From assembly GCA_964016885.1 (NCBI GenBank), contig OZ024743.1, positions 175,646,001 to 175,710,000 of the forward strand: a stretch of DNA of 64,000 nucleotides, given 5' to 3'. Under the pieces are notes generated by a model. The model was given only the letters and a program-made list of their open reading frames with translations. It made no database searches and was not told the DNA's origin. Made by a program: the position numbers and the translations under genes. This document shows, piece by piece, positions 44,433 through 58,595 of this stretch (positions within the stretch are counted from its first letter, which is position 1; every line of letters begins with the position of its first letter). Source of the DNA: Eledone cirrhosa. Taxonomy: Eukaryota.

Positions 44433-45495
44433 AATATGTATACACACACACATATATATGTATATATATATATAAGGGATTAAATGGAATAATTCACTAT
44501 TGTTTTGGTAAGGTGTGTCAGGCTAGGGTCAATGCTTTGAACAACAACCCTGGTGGTTTTCATTTTATATATATATATATATATATATGTGATTTGAGAG
44601 TCTGACTCCTCTTATAGAATGTTCAGATAAGACACCCCTTAATGGATGGTAATCATCCTAATATATACACCCTTGTACTTCTTAATGGACAACTCTCTAA
44701 CCTATAAATGGGAAACATACTCTAGAAATTAGTTATAACTTCATATGATAGGCACGTATTTGAATCACCATTAATGTAGTTTAGGATAATAATTTAACTA
44801 AGATAACTAGCTAGTTACCTCCCCTTACGCTTTAACTCCCCTTATTCATTCAGACACTTCCGGAATCTAAACAGCATGATCTATTAATTAAGAACCGACT
44901 AGATACGGTATATAACTTGATTATATGCCGAACCATCGTGAATTATACGATAGACACGTGTTCTATATATTGCGTCTCATGGATTATGTGAGTGGTGGTG
45001 TGAGCGAAGACAGTGGTACGGCTTTGCCTACGATACAATAAGGTTTATAGTATGTTGAAAGTTTTTGATATTTTGGTGTTTCCCTGCATCCGGGACTGTA
45101 TATCATACAGATGTATGCGAATAAATAACTTAATAATTCAGCCCACATAATAAGATCGATTGCCTGCTTCAACTGCCTGACCCTGCAAATATCATTCTGA
45201 CGCACTCTAATCATGTATAAATAAGACACGCGTGCATGCTACACGTGAGATTGTTTCATACACTGACTACTCTAAACTTTCCTCTTGCTTTATCTTCATA
45301 GACTGCCAACGCTTCATGTTTATCTTTATTTTCATTTTTGTTTTTAATTTTATTTTTATCCTGTAACCTTTATATGTAAATTGCCATGCTATATCATATG
45401 ATGAATGTCACCCCACTGTTGATCAATATGCGCATATGTTTTATATGTCTCTTGGGTTGAAAAGGAGGTCAAGTATGTTATAGATCAGTAAATAG

Positions 45496-45544
45496 TTGCT
45501 CCGAAGAATCCAAACCTCGGTTTGGAGGAAACAATTGTAAGCAA
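45496..45544 (+). ncRNA. Hammerhead motif with U4C core
   Basis: TTGCT-CCGAAGA-ATCCAAACC tc GGTTTGGAG-GAAA-CAATTG-TA|AGCAA. Confidence 0.65.
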
Positions 45545-45575
45545 ATAAATGACTTAAACTGAACTTTGATTATTG

Positions 45576-45848
<273 letters not shown>

Positions 45849-46371
45849 TATATATATGTATATATATATATATAATATTAAGGATACTAATTATGGTTAT
45901 GTATATACTAAAACATTTTATAGTTACATGTATTTTAAACCCTAAACAGTGAAGGTCAGTAATTTTTATTTTTCTGTACACATACTTTTTTATTATATAG
46001 AAAAAATACCTTACCACTACAACCTCCATAATACTCTTATTTATCCGCTTAAAGTGCTGGTATTACATGTAATACCCTGCTACACAATAATCATATCTAA
46101 ATGAGACACATGTACATGCCCCACGTGTAACTAACGCATACACTAACTACTACATCTGAATAACAAACTATTCTCTTGCATTATCTGTGTTAACTGCGGA
46201 ATGTATTTTAATTTTGTTTTAATTTTAATTTTGAATTTTGATTTTGAATTTGAATTGCAATACAGAAATAATATAATATATGTCACTCCACTGTACATCA
46301 ATATATACATATGTATCTGTATGTCTCTTGCGTTGGAAAGGAGGTCATTTATGTGTACAAACATTGAAAAA

Positions 46372-46418
46372 TGCTCCGAAGACTCCACGCCTAGGTTTGG
46401 ATGAAACAATTGTAAGTG
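46372..46418 (+). ncRNA. Hammerhead motif with U4C core (paralogue of 45496)
   Basis: TGCT-CCGAAGA-CTCCA..TGGAT-GAAA-CAATTG-TA|AGTG. Confidence 0.55.
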
Positions 46419-46448
46419 AATAAATGCTTTGAACATAGCTTTGATTCT

Positions 46449-46590
<142 letters not shown>

Positions 46591-46791
46591 GTATACATAT
46601 ATATATATATAGATATATATGCATACATACATATATATATATATATATAAATATATATGAATACATACATACATATATATATAATACATACATATATATA
46701 TATATAATATATATAATATATATATAATACATATATATATATATATATATATATAATACTTACTTATATATATATACATACATATATATAT

Positions 46792-47147
46792 AAGCAAAAG
46801 GGATATTTAATTTGTTGGTAATTCAAGTAATATATATATTTATAACTGATTCGAAGCACTCGACAAGTTTTCTGGAGTATAATATCGATGATATTAATAA
46901 ATGAAAACTATATTTATAAAACTATATTTATTCTATCATATATATTTCAAGGGTAGCAAAACTTCGGTACGCACTCATCAGGAAACATTTGAACCGTTAC
47001 GATCTCCTTCCTGGATATGTCAATATTTATAAAACAAACTTTGTATTTTATCTGATGAGGGCGTGCCAAAGTTTTGGTTCCCTTGAAATTTATATAATAG
47101 AATAAATATGGTTTTATAAATATAGTTTCCTTTTATTAATATCATCG

Positions 47148-47150
<3 letters not shown>
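46792..47150. mobile_element. Palindromic pLTR insertion with HHR at 47044-47104 (+); the minus arm breaks at its CTGATGA
   Basis: Related to 31905-32352. Confidence 0.8.
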
Positions 47151-47240
<90 letters not shown>

Positions 47241-47298
47241 GATATATATATATATACGATATATTAACAAATGGAAACTATATTTATAAAACCATATT

Positions 47299-47363
47299 TA
47301 TATCATTATACATATTTCAAGGACACCAAGTTAAATTATGGTGTGCTTTCATCAGATAAAATA
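47299..47363 (-). ncRNA. Hammerhead motif in the inverted pLTR
   Basis: Reverse complement of 48405-48469. Confidence 0.7.
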
Positions 47364-48404
47364 TAATATAGAGCAATTTTATAAATAAATATTGACATAC
47401 CTTTAAATAATGCGACCATTTCTGTTGGAAGCTCCCGGATAGTGGGGTTATAAATTTATTTATACTATTATGCAAATTAGTTTCGGATATTTTTAAATCA
47501 CATTAGATTTAAATAAGCCGTTGGGTTATGGAGAAAGAGAAAGAGAAAAACGAAAAAAGAAAAAGAAAAAAGAAAAAAGAAAAAAGGGCAAACTCCAAGA
47601 GGAAAATATGAAAAATAAGAAAAGGAGAAAGAGAAGAAAAAAGAAAAGAGAAAGAGAAAGCTCTAAGTGATAGGTTGTTGTATTAGCTTAACTTTTGAGA
47701 TGAAGTGAAAGAATTAATATGTGTGTATATGTAGGTGTATGTATATATATTTATATGTATATATATAGCTGTGTGTGCGTATGTATATATATGAATATAT
47801 TCTTTTAATAATATATAGATTTTTTAATAATATATAGTCTTAATAATATATAGATTTTTTAATAATATATAGTCTTAATAATATATAGATTTTTTAATAA
47901 TATATGGATCTCAATTTTTAATGTATAGATCTCAATAATCTAATTAATAAACTAAACATTTAATCATATTTAAACAATGGTTAAATTCACCTATTATTTA
48001 TGTATTTTCCATTCACGCTTATTTACACTTCTTTACTCATCCATCAAATATTTATTCTTTCACTTCATCTTAAAAGTTAAGCTAATACAACAACCTATCA
48101 CTTAGAGCTTTCTCTTTCTCTTTTCTTTTTTCTTCTCTTTCTCCTTTTCTTATTTTTCTTATTTTCCTCTTGGAGTTTGCCCTTTTTTCTTTTTTCTTTT
48201 TTCTTTTTCTTTTTTCGTTTTTCTCTTTCTCTTTCTCCATAACCCAATGGCTTATTTAAATCTACTGTGATTTAAAAATATCCAAAACTAATTTGCATAA
48301 TAGTATAAATAAATTTATAACCCAACTATCCGGGAGCTTCCAACAGAAATGGTCGCATTCTTTAAGGGTATGTCAATATTTATTCATAAAACTGCTCTAT
48401 ATTA

Positions 48405-48469
48405 TATTTTATCTGATGAAAGCACACCATAATTTAACTTGGTGTCCTTGAAATATGTATAATGAAATA
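48405..48469 (+). ncRNA. Hammerhead motif in the 5' pLTR
   Basis: TATTTTAT-CTGATGA-AAG..CACCA..TGGTG..CTT-GAAA-TATGTA-TA|ATGAAATA. Confidence 0.75.
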
Positions 48470-48649
48470 AATATGGTTTTATAAATATAGTTTCCATTTG
48501 TTAATATATCGTATTTTTACTCCAATAATTTGTTGAGTGCTTTATATCAGTTATAAAAATATTTGCTTGTTGTATCCCAACAATTTAAATAGAACTTCTA
48601 CATATATTCTGCTCCTTTATTGTCGAGCGCTTTATATTATAACTGAAAA

Positions 48650-50857
48650 ATGGAATTCTTTAAGATCTCTTCTTCTCTAAAGGACATACCTTTTCCTAGG
48701 AATAAAGACTTTATTAAACAATTAATAGAAAAATCACACACTTTTATAAGAAGAATCAGGTGGCGTGCTTTCCACTTCGATAAATCTGATGTAAATGAGA
48801 ATGTCTCCAATCTTGATAAAATCTTCAAATCTAAAAAAAATCCACCCCCCAACAAACTACTAATGGATTTTGTAAATGAAATCATATCTATCATCCAAAG
48901 CTTCAAATTCAAAAACAACTTCAAAGGCCAGGATTACCTAAGAAATATCAAAAATAATGTTGAAAACTTGGAGAAAACGGAGAAAATTCTAGTCAAGTCA
49001 GACAAAACCAATAATCTTTACGGAATACAAAAGGACATCCATGACGATCTTATATTAAAGGAATTAAGGAAGAAATACAAAGTAACAAGTAATGACGACC
49101 TTGAAAAATTGAATACAGATGCCTCTTATATAATGCATGAACTAGGCATTGAAAATAAGACACAACCCTTCATGCCAAGGAAACCTAAAATTAATATGAA
49201 GGATCACAAAAGGAACTTTGAAACTGAATTACCAGTCAGATTAATTGCACCATCTAAATCGGACCTTGGCAAACTTAGCAAGAATATTTTAGACAGAATA
49301 ATACCACAAAATAAGGAATTATCTTTTTTAAAATTATGGAAAGGAACTAGTGAAGTTGTCGATTGGTTTAAGGAAATTAAATATAACTATAATAATAAGT
49401 TTATTCAATTGGATATTGCTAACTATTACTCATCCATCACTCCTAATCTACTTAATAAAGCACTAACATATGCATTTAAACATACAGACTTAACTAGTAA
49501 TGAAATGCACATTATCTTATCGGCACGGAAAACATTAATAGAATTTAATAACCAACTCTGGACTAGAGCAGATAGAAATAATAATTTTGATATAACTATG
49601 GGATCATCCGATTCCGCTAAGGTAACGGATCTTGTGGGCCTCTTTATAAATAATTCTCTACATAGGAAAATACCTGAGATGACCGGAGGTTTATATCGTG
49701 ACGACATGCTATTACTTATCGAAAATAATAACTGTGAATTAAATAGGAAAAGTAAAGAAATTATACAATTCTTTAATTACCTTAATTTAAAAGTAAAAAT
49801 AGAGAATAACCATAAAATAGTTAACTTTCTAGATGTAACATTAAACCTTAACACATGTCTTCATTATCCATTTCACAAACTAAACGAGAACTTAAACTAC
49901 GTTAATTTTAACCCTAATCGCCCCAGATCCGTTAAAAATACTATAGTGAACTCTGTACAGCAACGCATTTCTAGAATTTCAGCTAATAAGAATATATTTG
50001 ATGATAAAGCACATTATTACAACGAAGCGTTAGGTAGAGCTGGGTATAGAAATAAAATTAAATACATTGATAATAATAATATATCAACTAACCATAATCT
50101 TAACAATTTAAACAATTTTAACAATTTTAACAACTATAATATAAAACCTTACAATAATTCGGAAAACAAAAAAAGAAATAGAACTAGGAATATATTATGG
50201 TTCGCTCCTCCTTTCTCATTAAATATCAAAACTCCTATTGCTAAACTATTCTTTAAAGCACTTGACAAATGCTTCCCTAGAACACATAGACATTACTCAA
50301 TTTTTAATAGACATACTATAAAATTAACTTATTCATCCACCAAAAATTTAGCGCAGAATATTAATAGAATTAATAATAGAAATTTAAAACCTAACCAAAA
50401 TACCACTAATAACCCCAGCAATATCCAATTTGATAAATGTAACTGTAGAAATAAATCTAACTGTCCGTTAATAACAATTGCTTAGCTAAAAATATAGTAT
50501 ATAATTGTAATGTAAAAACTAATTTAAATTCATTTAATTATGTAGGATCTACTTCCACAGATTAAATCTCGTTTCAATAACCATAAAAACTCTTTTACAC
50601 ATCTAAACAAAAAATCTTCAACTTCTCTATCTAGCTTATTATGGGACCTCAAATTAAAGAACGTTAAATATTCGTTGCTTTGGAATATTATTTCAAAAGC
50701 TACTCCTTTTAACTCCTCTTCAGATAATTATGATCTTTGTATAGAGGAAATATTCTTTATATTAAAGACCAAAAATTCCCTGAACCTAAGGAGCAATTTA
50801 TTCAGTTGCTGCAGACATAGACAACGTTTAAATATAAATTTAAAATGTAATATATAA
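48650..50857 (+). pseudogene. PLE polyprotein: RT (open 48650-50485) plus GIY-YIG endonuclease with frameshifts near 50470 and 50563
   Basis: LDIANYYSSI, TMGSSDSA, GLYRDD, NFLDVTL, WFAPPFS, CNCRNKSNCPL, KNIVY..YVGST, LNLRSNLFSCCRH. Confidence 0.9.
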
Positions 50858-52495
50858 TTAATTAATTCTATTAATATATTGAACCTATCGATAAATCATT
50901 AGATTCCTTCATTTGACTGCTTAAACTCTCAAGTTAAAAACATTTTTCCTAAATAAAAATAAAAAATTCTTCTAGAGAAACATACAGAAAGCTCTTAAAA
51001 GGGGAAAATATTTTATTTGAAAGTTTCTCCTATTTTTGAAAGTTTCTCTTTCTTTTTCTTATGGCTATAAAATTAAGTTAAACATACTGAGAACTAAATA
51101 TTATATAGAAAATTTAAATTTTTATACTGAATCTATTAAACATATTCTTATTTTAAAATTATATCATGAAATATTCTATAATATTTTTTAAAATTATATT
51201 GATTTAAAGTTATATTGCTTATAATTATATTTCCAAATCGTAATATAATTCATTTTTATTTTTTATTTTATTTTATTTTATTTTATTTTATTTTATTTTA
51301 TATTATATATATTATGTACTTCAATTATACTATGTACTGTATTTTTATATCTCTCTCTATATATATGTATGTGTGTATATATATATGTATGTATATATAT
51401 ATATGTGTGTATATGTATGTATATATATATATATGATGTATACCTGTATGTGTAAGTACGTCTATGTGTATCTATGTGGGGATTGGGTGTATATATATAC
51501 ATGCATACAATTCGAATGCACCCGATTATAAGGATTTTCTTAAGGTTCGTGATAAACAAACTTAGATAATAACAGTCACAACTACATAAAAGGTGGATTT
51601 ATTAGATATAAAACTTATATAAAAAAATGTGTATAATAACATAAGGTTTGTATAACCTAAAATTTCGTTTACTATCTTAACATTTGTAACATTTAATATA
51701 AGTAAATAACTTAATTTCCTTCACGCTGTTTCGCTATTACATAGAAAGGATTTTCTCTGTTTTTTCTACGATTTACTCCGAAAAATCTATAAGTTTATGA
51801 AAATTCCTACATCTTAAATTAAAAAGTCCTTTATTGTATGTATATGTGTGTATATGTAGGTGTATGTATATATATATTTATATGTATATATATCTGTGTG
51901 TGCGTATGTAGATATATGAATATATTCTTTGAATAATGTATAGATTTTTTAATAATATATAATCTTAATAATATATAGATTTTTTAAATAATATATGGAT
52001 CTCAATTTTTAATGTATAGATCTCAATAATCTAATTGATAAACTAAACAATTAATCATATTTAAACAATGGTTAAATTCTCCTATTATTTATGTATTTTC
52101 CATTCACGCTTATTTACACTTCTTTACTCATTCATCAAAAAATTATTCTTTCACTTCATCTCAAAAGTTAAACTAATACAACAACCTATCACTTAGAGCT
52201 TTCTCTTTCTCTTTTCTTTTTTCTTCTCTTTCTCCTTTTCTTATTTTTCTTATTTTCCTCTTGGAGTTTGCCCTTTTTTCTTTTTTCTTTTTTCTTTTTC
52301 TTTTTTCGTTTTTCTCTTTCTCTTTCTCCATAACCCAATGGCTTATTTAAATCTACTGTGATTTAAAAATATCCGAAACTAATTTGCATAATAGTATAAA
52401 TAAATTTATAACCCCACTATCCGGGAGCTTCCAACAGAAATGGTCGCATTCTTTAAGGGTATGTCAATATTTATTTATAAAACTGCTCTATATTA

Positions 52496-52560
52496 TATTT
52501 TATCTGATGAAAGCACACCATAATTTAACTTGGTGTCCTTGAAATATGTATAATGAAATA
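52496..52560 (+). ncRNA. Hammerhead motif in the 3' pLTR
   Basis: Same sequence as 48405-48469. Confidence 0.75.
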
Positions 52561-52687
52561 AATATGGTTTTATAAATATAGTTTCCATTTGTTAATATAT
52601 CGTATTTTTACTCCAATAATTTGTTGAGAGCTTTATATCAGTTATAAAAAATATTTGCTTGTTGTATCCCAACAATTTAAATAGAAC

Positions 52688-52723
<36 letters not shown>

Positions 52724-52757
52724 TAATGTGTGTGTTTATATATATACATTTATGTGT

Positions 52758-55700
52758 ATACTCTTTTACTCTTTTACCTGTTTCAGCCATCCGGCTGAGG
52801 CCATGCTGGGGCACCGCCCTTGTTGCTACACATTTTATCTCCAGCCTGTTGGCCACTGGTGTAAGAGGGAGTTTGTTGCTGCTGCCCGTAGGTTTCCCTC
52901 GTGCCTTGCTGTGGGCTCATCTGGGATCCTGGATAACAAGGTGTCGAGACGTTTCTTGAAGACATCCACCTCCACCTCATGCAAATCTCTCAGATCCCTT
53001 GGCAGCTTGTTGAAGAGTTGAGGGCCCTTGAATCCCAAGCTATTGCAATACCTGCTCCTTATTCTAGATGTGGAAGACGGGACCTTTGGCACCACACAGT
53101 GACGTCCTGTTCGACGGTTGGTCCAGCTCCCAATGCCAAAGTTTGGTGCTAGTCACTCCAGGATTTTCGACATGTAGATCACTGCGTATCTCTCCCGTCT
53201 TCGTTCCAAGGAGTAGAGGTTCAGTTCCTTTAGCCTCTCCCAGTAGCTTGACTCCTTCATCGTGGCAATCCTCTTGGTGTAGCTTCGCTGGATTGCCTCA
53301 AGCTCCGTGGTTAATTTGACACTATGGGGTGACCACAATTGGGAGCAGTATTTCAGGCGGCTTAGGACAAATGTCCTCCATAGTGTCAACATGGTGTCTC
53401 GGTCTCTTGTCCGGAAAGTCCTCAAGATCCAGCCAGCGAGTCGTCTGCACATTGTCGCCACTTTCATGATGTATGAGGAAAAAGATGCATCATCGCTCAT
53501 GTCTATGCCCAGGTCTCGTATCGATTTTGACACGGGAATATCGGTCCCTCCTGCTCCTGTGTAGTTGTGTTGTACTATATTTGTGTTTGCAGGTTTGTAT
53601 TGTAGGGCTTGGAATTTGCCAGCATTAAACTGCATGTTGTTTTCTTCCGCCCATTTGTATATGGCATCCATATCTTGTTGTAAAAGGGCAGCGTCAGCCG
53701 GGTTTTTGATTGCCTGTGCTACCTTAGTGTCATCAGCATAGCTAGTGTGGGATGTTGTTGTTTGTACTACAGAGGGCATGTCTGAGAGATCCACCAAAAA
53801 CAGTAGTGGTCCCAGGACTGTCCCCTGGGGCACCCCACTTGTTATTGGTGTTTCCTTTGAGAGGGCCCCATTTGCTGCGACTGTCTGGCTTCTGTCCCTT
53901 AGGAAGTCATGCAGCCACTCACCTACTTTTCCAGTTATGCCGAGTCTGTGTAGTTTGTGACATATCATTCCGTGGTCGACCTTGTCAAAGGCCTTCGCAA
54001 AGTCAAGATATATCACGTCCACATGTGAGCTGTCTAGTAGTTGTTTCAGTACCCAGTCGTAGTGATGTAGCAGCTGTGTAAGGCAGCTTCTTCCTGGGCG
54101 GAAGCCATGTTTCGTGCTAGTCAGGCGGTCATTTTTCTCGAGCAAAGTGATCAGTTTCTTTCTGACGTCTCGCTCCATGACCTTACTGATATGCGACGTC
54201 AGGGAGACTGGCCTATAGTTTTTGGCCTCCGCTCTGCTACCTCCTTTATGGATAGGGCATGTTGTGCCTTCTTTCAGCTCCCTGGGTAGTACACCGCTAG
54301 CCAAGGAGCTTCTGAAGAGCATCTTCAGTGGAGTTGCTAAGGCCCGCTAACATGTTTTAAGAGAACTGTTGGGAATCCATCAGGTCCAGCAGCTGAGTCT
54401 GTTCTAATTTCATCTATGGCGTACACCACATCCTCCCCCGTTATGTCTATGTGGTTGATGGTCGCCATTTCTTCATGTAGTGTTGTGGCATCAAATAACT
54501 CCTCTGGCTTCGTTATTTGCATGTGCCTCAGTGGACATGTGAACACACTTTTGTACTGTTCGTTCAGTATTTCACATATCTCTTGGGCGTTTTCGGTTAA
54601 TGAACCGTCCGTATGGAAGAGTGGCCCAATCTTGCAGTGTACCGAGGCAGTTTCTTTTGTAAATTTAAAGAAGGCCTTAGGGTTTGTTTTAATGTTTTCT
54701 CTGGCCTTGTTCTCTTTCTTTGCCCTCTCATTCTCATGGGAAAGCTTGAGTGCAATCTCGGTGCCAAGTAGTGCACATTTCAAATAGGATTCCTTCTTGT
54801 TTTTGTTTTCTTGTTGACTATTCAACTGGTTTGAGAGCTTGGTTCTACGTCTCATAAGGATTTTCCTATCTTTGAGAATAAGATTTTTGTGTCTGTTTGC
54901 CTTTTTCTCCGAGACAAACTTTTTGTATATAGTGTGTATCGTTGTCATGGAGTGTTGAAATTGTGTGTTTGTGTCTTGTGTGGCGGTGTTTTCACTCCAT
55001 GTTTGCTTCCGGATTTCTCCTCTTAATCTTTTTCCAGTTAGCCTTGTAGAAGTTAGGGCTGGATAACGTCCCGGAGCTTCTTGGTGGTTTTGTCTCTGTT
55101 GGTTCTCTCGGACCATATATCATTAGTTCTACTAAGTTATGATCCGAGAGAATTGTTGGTGTCACCTTTACATTGTGGATGAGCACTTCGTTGTTTCTAA
55201 AACAGAGGTCCAGGACATTTTCGCCTCTTGTTGGGAGGAGTATTGCTTGCTCTATGAAAAGCCTGTGTGTGAGGGCAGCAGGGATTCCGTCTGTCTCTGT
55301 TCTATTGACGTCATTCCAGGGAGAAGGTGGCTCTCAGGCCATTTGACCTTTAGTAGGTTGAAGTCTTCCAGCAGTAGAATGTTGAGACCCTGGTCCAGTT
55401 TATCAAGGACCTCTTCTATCCTACTTAGGCTATCCTCAAATTTACCCTCATGACTGGGGGCATCGGGCGGCCGATATGTGACACATATTACTGTCTGTAT
55501 TGCTTCATATGTACTATCAGTGTGTCACAGACTGAGTTTGAATGTGTCAACAGTACAATTGGTGTGACATCTTCACGGGATATACAGAGCAACACCACCA
55601 TGAGTTCTCTCCTTCCTGTCCGAACGAAATACAGTATATTTCGGTATATGTATTTCTGCATCTGCTATACTGCTTGTCAGGTGCGTTTCGGTTAGTGCCA

Positions 55701-56710
55701 TGCATAATGCTTGATTGCTTATGGCTAAGTCTCCCAGGTAGGAACTGTTTACTCATGTTACTGAGTTTCACCAGGCCACTGACATTCAGCAGTAGCACTG
55801 GTGTGACTTTTGGGTGCCAGTAATGGTTGTCGGTATGACACCTGTCTGGGTCCCTTAGCTGTGGTGGTCTCGAGTGCTGGTGTGGGTGACCCCTGGCTCT
55901 GGAAACGATGCAGCCAGGTCAGCTGTCCCACAATCTTCTCTGCCATCACTGAAAGATTTTTCTGCTCTGCTGCTGCCATCTGTATCTCGTCGGCATGTGC
56001 GTGCCTTCTCCTTGTTGGTGCGGCCACGCGCGACATCAGCATACTTCTAGAGCGGCTTATTTCGGCTTTGGCTGGGGCATGTTGGCGCGAATAGGATGGG
56101 CATAGTTCGTTTGAGACCTAGGGTGGGCGAATCTGCATCCCATCCCTGTCTCTCCATGGCAGCAGGTCCCGTTCTTGAAAAACTTGCACATTACTTGGGT
56201 TTTTTTTGCTCCCAGTGTCTCGGTGCTTTCTGTTCTTCCTTTGAACAGTTGTCCACTGGTCCCCCTCTGCGCTTGGTTCTCCTTCGGAAGATAATTTCGC
56301 TTTTCACCTTTACCTTTTGCTTGTTGGTTGCCCGGCCTGCTCTCCCTGAACTGTGGCGGAGGGTATCTCATTTTCTTTCAGGTCCGTGCTCGTGCTATCC
56401 TCCTTTTCTTTTTCTTTCTCCTCTCCTCTCTCTTCTCTTCGGTTTTCTTCTCCCTGTGGACACGGCTTAGCATCGCCATAATGTGGCGCTATGAGGACAT
56501 ACGCCTTCTCAATTTCTTTTCTCTTTCTCTGTATCCGTGCCAAGCTCCTCAGAAACGCATGGCTTTTCAGGTTCTCCGCCATCTTTCTTTTTGCTTGAGT
56601 GGAGACCCATCAGCCATGGTCCACCCCCTTGATCAAAACCGCTAGTTCCATCTTTGACCAGTTTTGCTGACTCCTAATTTTCACCTTTTTCCTGTATGCA
56701 GTCGATTTCG
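52758..56710 (-). mobile_element. Near full-length CR1-group LINE, frameshifted; a CT-rich 5' region may extend to about 57400
   Basis: ORF1 remnant with CKFFKNGTCCHGETGMGCRFAHP; APE motifs LLNVSGL, EDFN, SDHNLV; RT 53153-54322. Confidence 0.9.
53153..54322 (-). pseudogene. LINE ORF2 reverse transcriptase segment
   Basis: YLDFAKAFDKVDH, GVPQGTVLGPLLF, YADDTK, RDLGI, YCSQLWSP, LERRRER. Confidence 0.9.
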
Positions 56711-56873
56711 CTGTGGAGGGGAGAAAGAGAGATAGTGGGAAATGTAGAGTAGAGGTTAGAGAGGGACAGAGGGAGGGAGGGAGATATAAGTCCAGTGAGA
56801 AATTTAAGGAGCGATTTAGAGGATAAAGAGAGAGAGAGCTTGTGCGATCTAGAGAGAGGGAAAAAGAAAAAGA

Positions 56874-57073
56874 NNNNNNNNNNNNNNNNNNNNNNNNNNN
56901 NNNNNNNNNNNNNNNNNNNNNNNNNNNNNNNNNNNNNNNNNNNNNNNNNNNNNNNNNNNNNNNNNNNNNNNNNNNNNNNNNNNNNNNNNNNNNNNNNNNN
57001 NNNNNNNNNNNNNNNNNNNNNNNNNNNNNNNNNNNNNNNNNNNNNNNNNNNNNNNNNNNNNNNNNNNNNNNNN
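56874..57073. other. Assembly gap (200 N)
   Basis: Direct reading. Confidence 1.
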
Positions 57074-58132
57074 GAAAAGAGAGAGAGAGCTTGTGCGATC
57101 TAGAGAGAGGGAAAAAGAAAAAGAAAAAGAAACAGAAGAAAAGAAAGAGGAGAGAGACAGAAGAGAGGAGCGAGAGAGATAGCCGGAAGAGTGGGGAGAA
57201 AGGTTAGAGAGAGAGAGAAGAGATAGATAAGTCCGGTGAGAAATTCAAGGTGCGATTTAGAGAGAGAGAGAGAGGGAGAGAGCTCGTGTGATCTAGAGAG
57301 AGAGAGAGAGGAAGGAAGGAGAGAGGCAGAGACAGCGTGAGAAATAGCAATTCAGAAAGAGAGAGAGAGCGGTCAAAGGGAACTATAAATATTAGTAATA
57401 AATATCGTTCAAAGAACATTTCGCGATTAAAACACCAAAACAAAGTAGTGAACATCAAATGATATCCACATGGAATATAAAGGAGACAGAATAAATTAAG
57501 ATAAAATAAAATAAAATAAAATAAGATAAATCTAAAACAATTTAAATGAATGAACCCCCAAAAGTTAAAGATATAGAAACACGATGTAAGTTGTATATAA
57601 GTTGAATTCAAATGTTTGTTTACAAATATAAATAACGGGAACCGTATAGAGTGACCATAGTTATTGTAATATCAATATATCAAACAACAAACAACAAACA
57701 CACATGCTCACCGAGTGAAAAACAAATAACATTATATTAAATTAGATTATGTTACTCAGAAAAAAACAAAATAATACAAAATCTACTTAAGTTAAATTAA
57801 AATTAAATTACGTACTAAAATTAAATTACGTATACTCTGTATGGTAGTCGAAGAAAGATAGAAAGCACGTGCGTGTGTTGTTTTTAGGAGAATATCACAC
57901 AGTGAAAATAAACATGTTTAAAACGCTAATATATGTAAAATATACGTCAAAATAATCGAGTCAAAGCACAAAAACTTTTTTGTATGTTTTCCTTGTCTTC
58001 TGAAAAATTAAAGCCATACATAAAACCGATTACTGTCGATTTAAAATTTTAAAATTTCAAATCTGGACGTTCAACAATTCACGTCCGTACCAACAAGTTG
58101 CCAAGCCTATATTATATGTATATATATATATA

Positions 58133-58345
58133 TACGTAGGTCCCGGGTTGAGTCGGGGATAACCACAGTAAGTAAGGTACTCAATACATGGCAGAGTAAA
58201 ATTTTTTTTATTTTATAGAAGGAGCTTCTACAGGACTAGTACTGTTTCATTCAGATGAAATCTTCCTAAATCGCTTCCTGAAGATTTCATCTGAATGAAA
58301 CAGTACTAGTCCTGTAGAAGCTCCTTCTATAAAATAAAAAAAAAA
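58133..58345. mobile_element. Family A mini-palindrome with HHR at 58273-58321 (+)
   Basis: GCTTC-CTGAAGA-TTTCATCTGAAT-GAAA-CAG tACTAGTc CTG-TA|GAAGC. Confidence 0.85.
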
Positions 58346-58348
58346 ATA

Positions 58349-58387
<39 letters not shown>

Positions 58388-58388
58388 A

Positions 58389-58421
<33 letters not shown>

Positions 58422-58432
58422 AATATATATGT

Positions 58433-58464
<32 letters not shown>

Positions 58465-58543
58465 GTATACATATATATTTACATATATATTTATATATAT
58501 ATATATATGTATACATATATATTTATATATATATGTATACATA

Positions 58544-58595
<52 letters not shown>

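Larger units (their letters stand above)
47255..52692 (+). mobile_element. Near full-length Penelope-like retroelement (Hydra-clade-like) in (TA)n
   Basis: Inverted partial pLTR 47255-47716, direct pLTRs 47718-48600 and 51842-52692, RT-EN ORF between. Confidence 0.92.

Noticed and set aside
56826-57125. 45-bp direct repeat on either side of the N gap
   Set aside because: Probably contig-end overlap at a scaffolding gap
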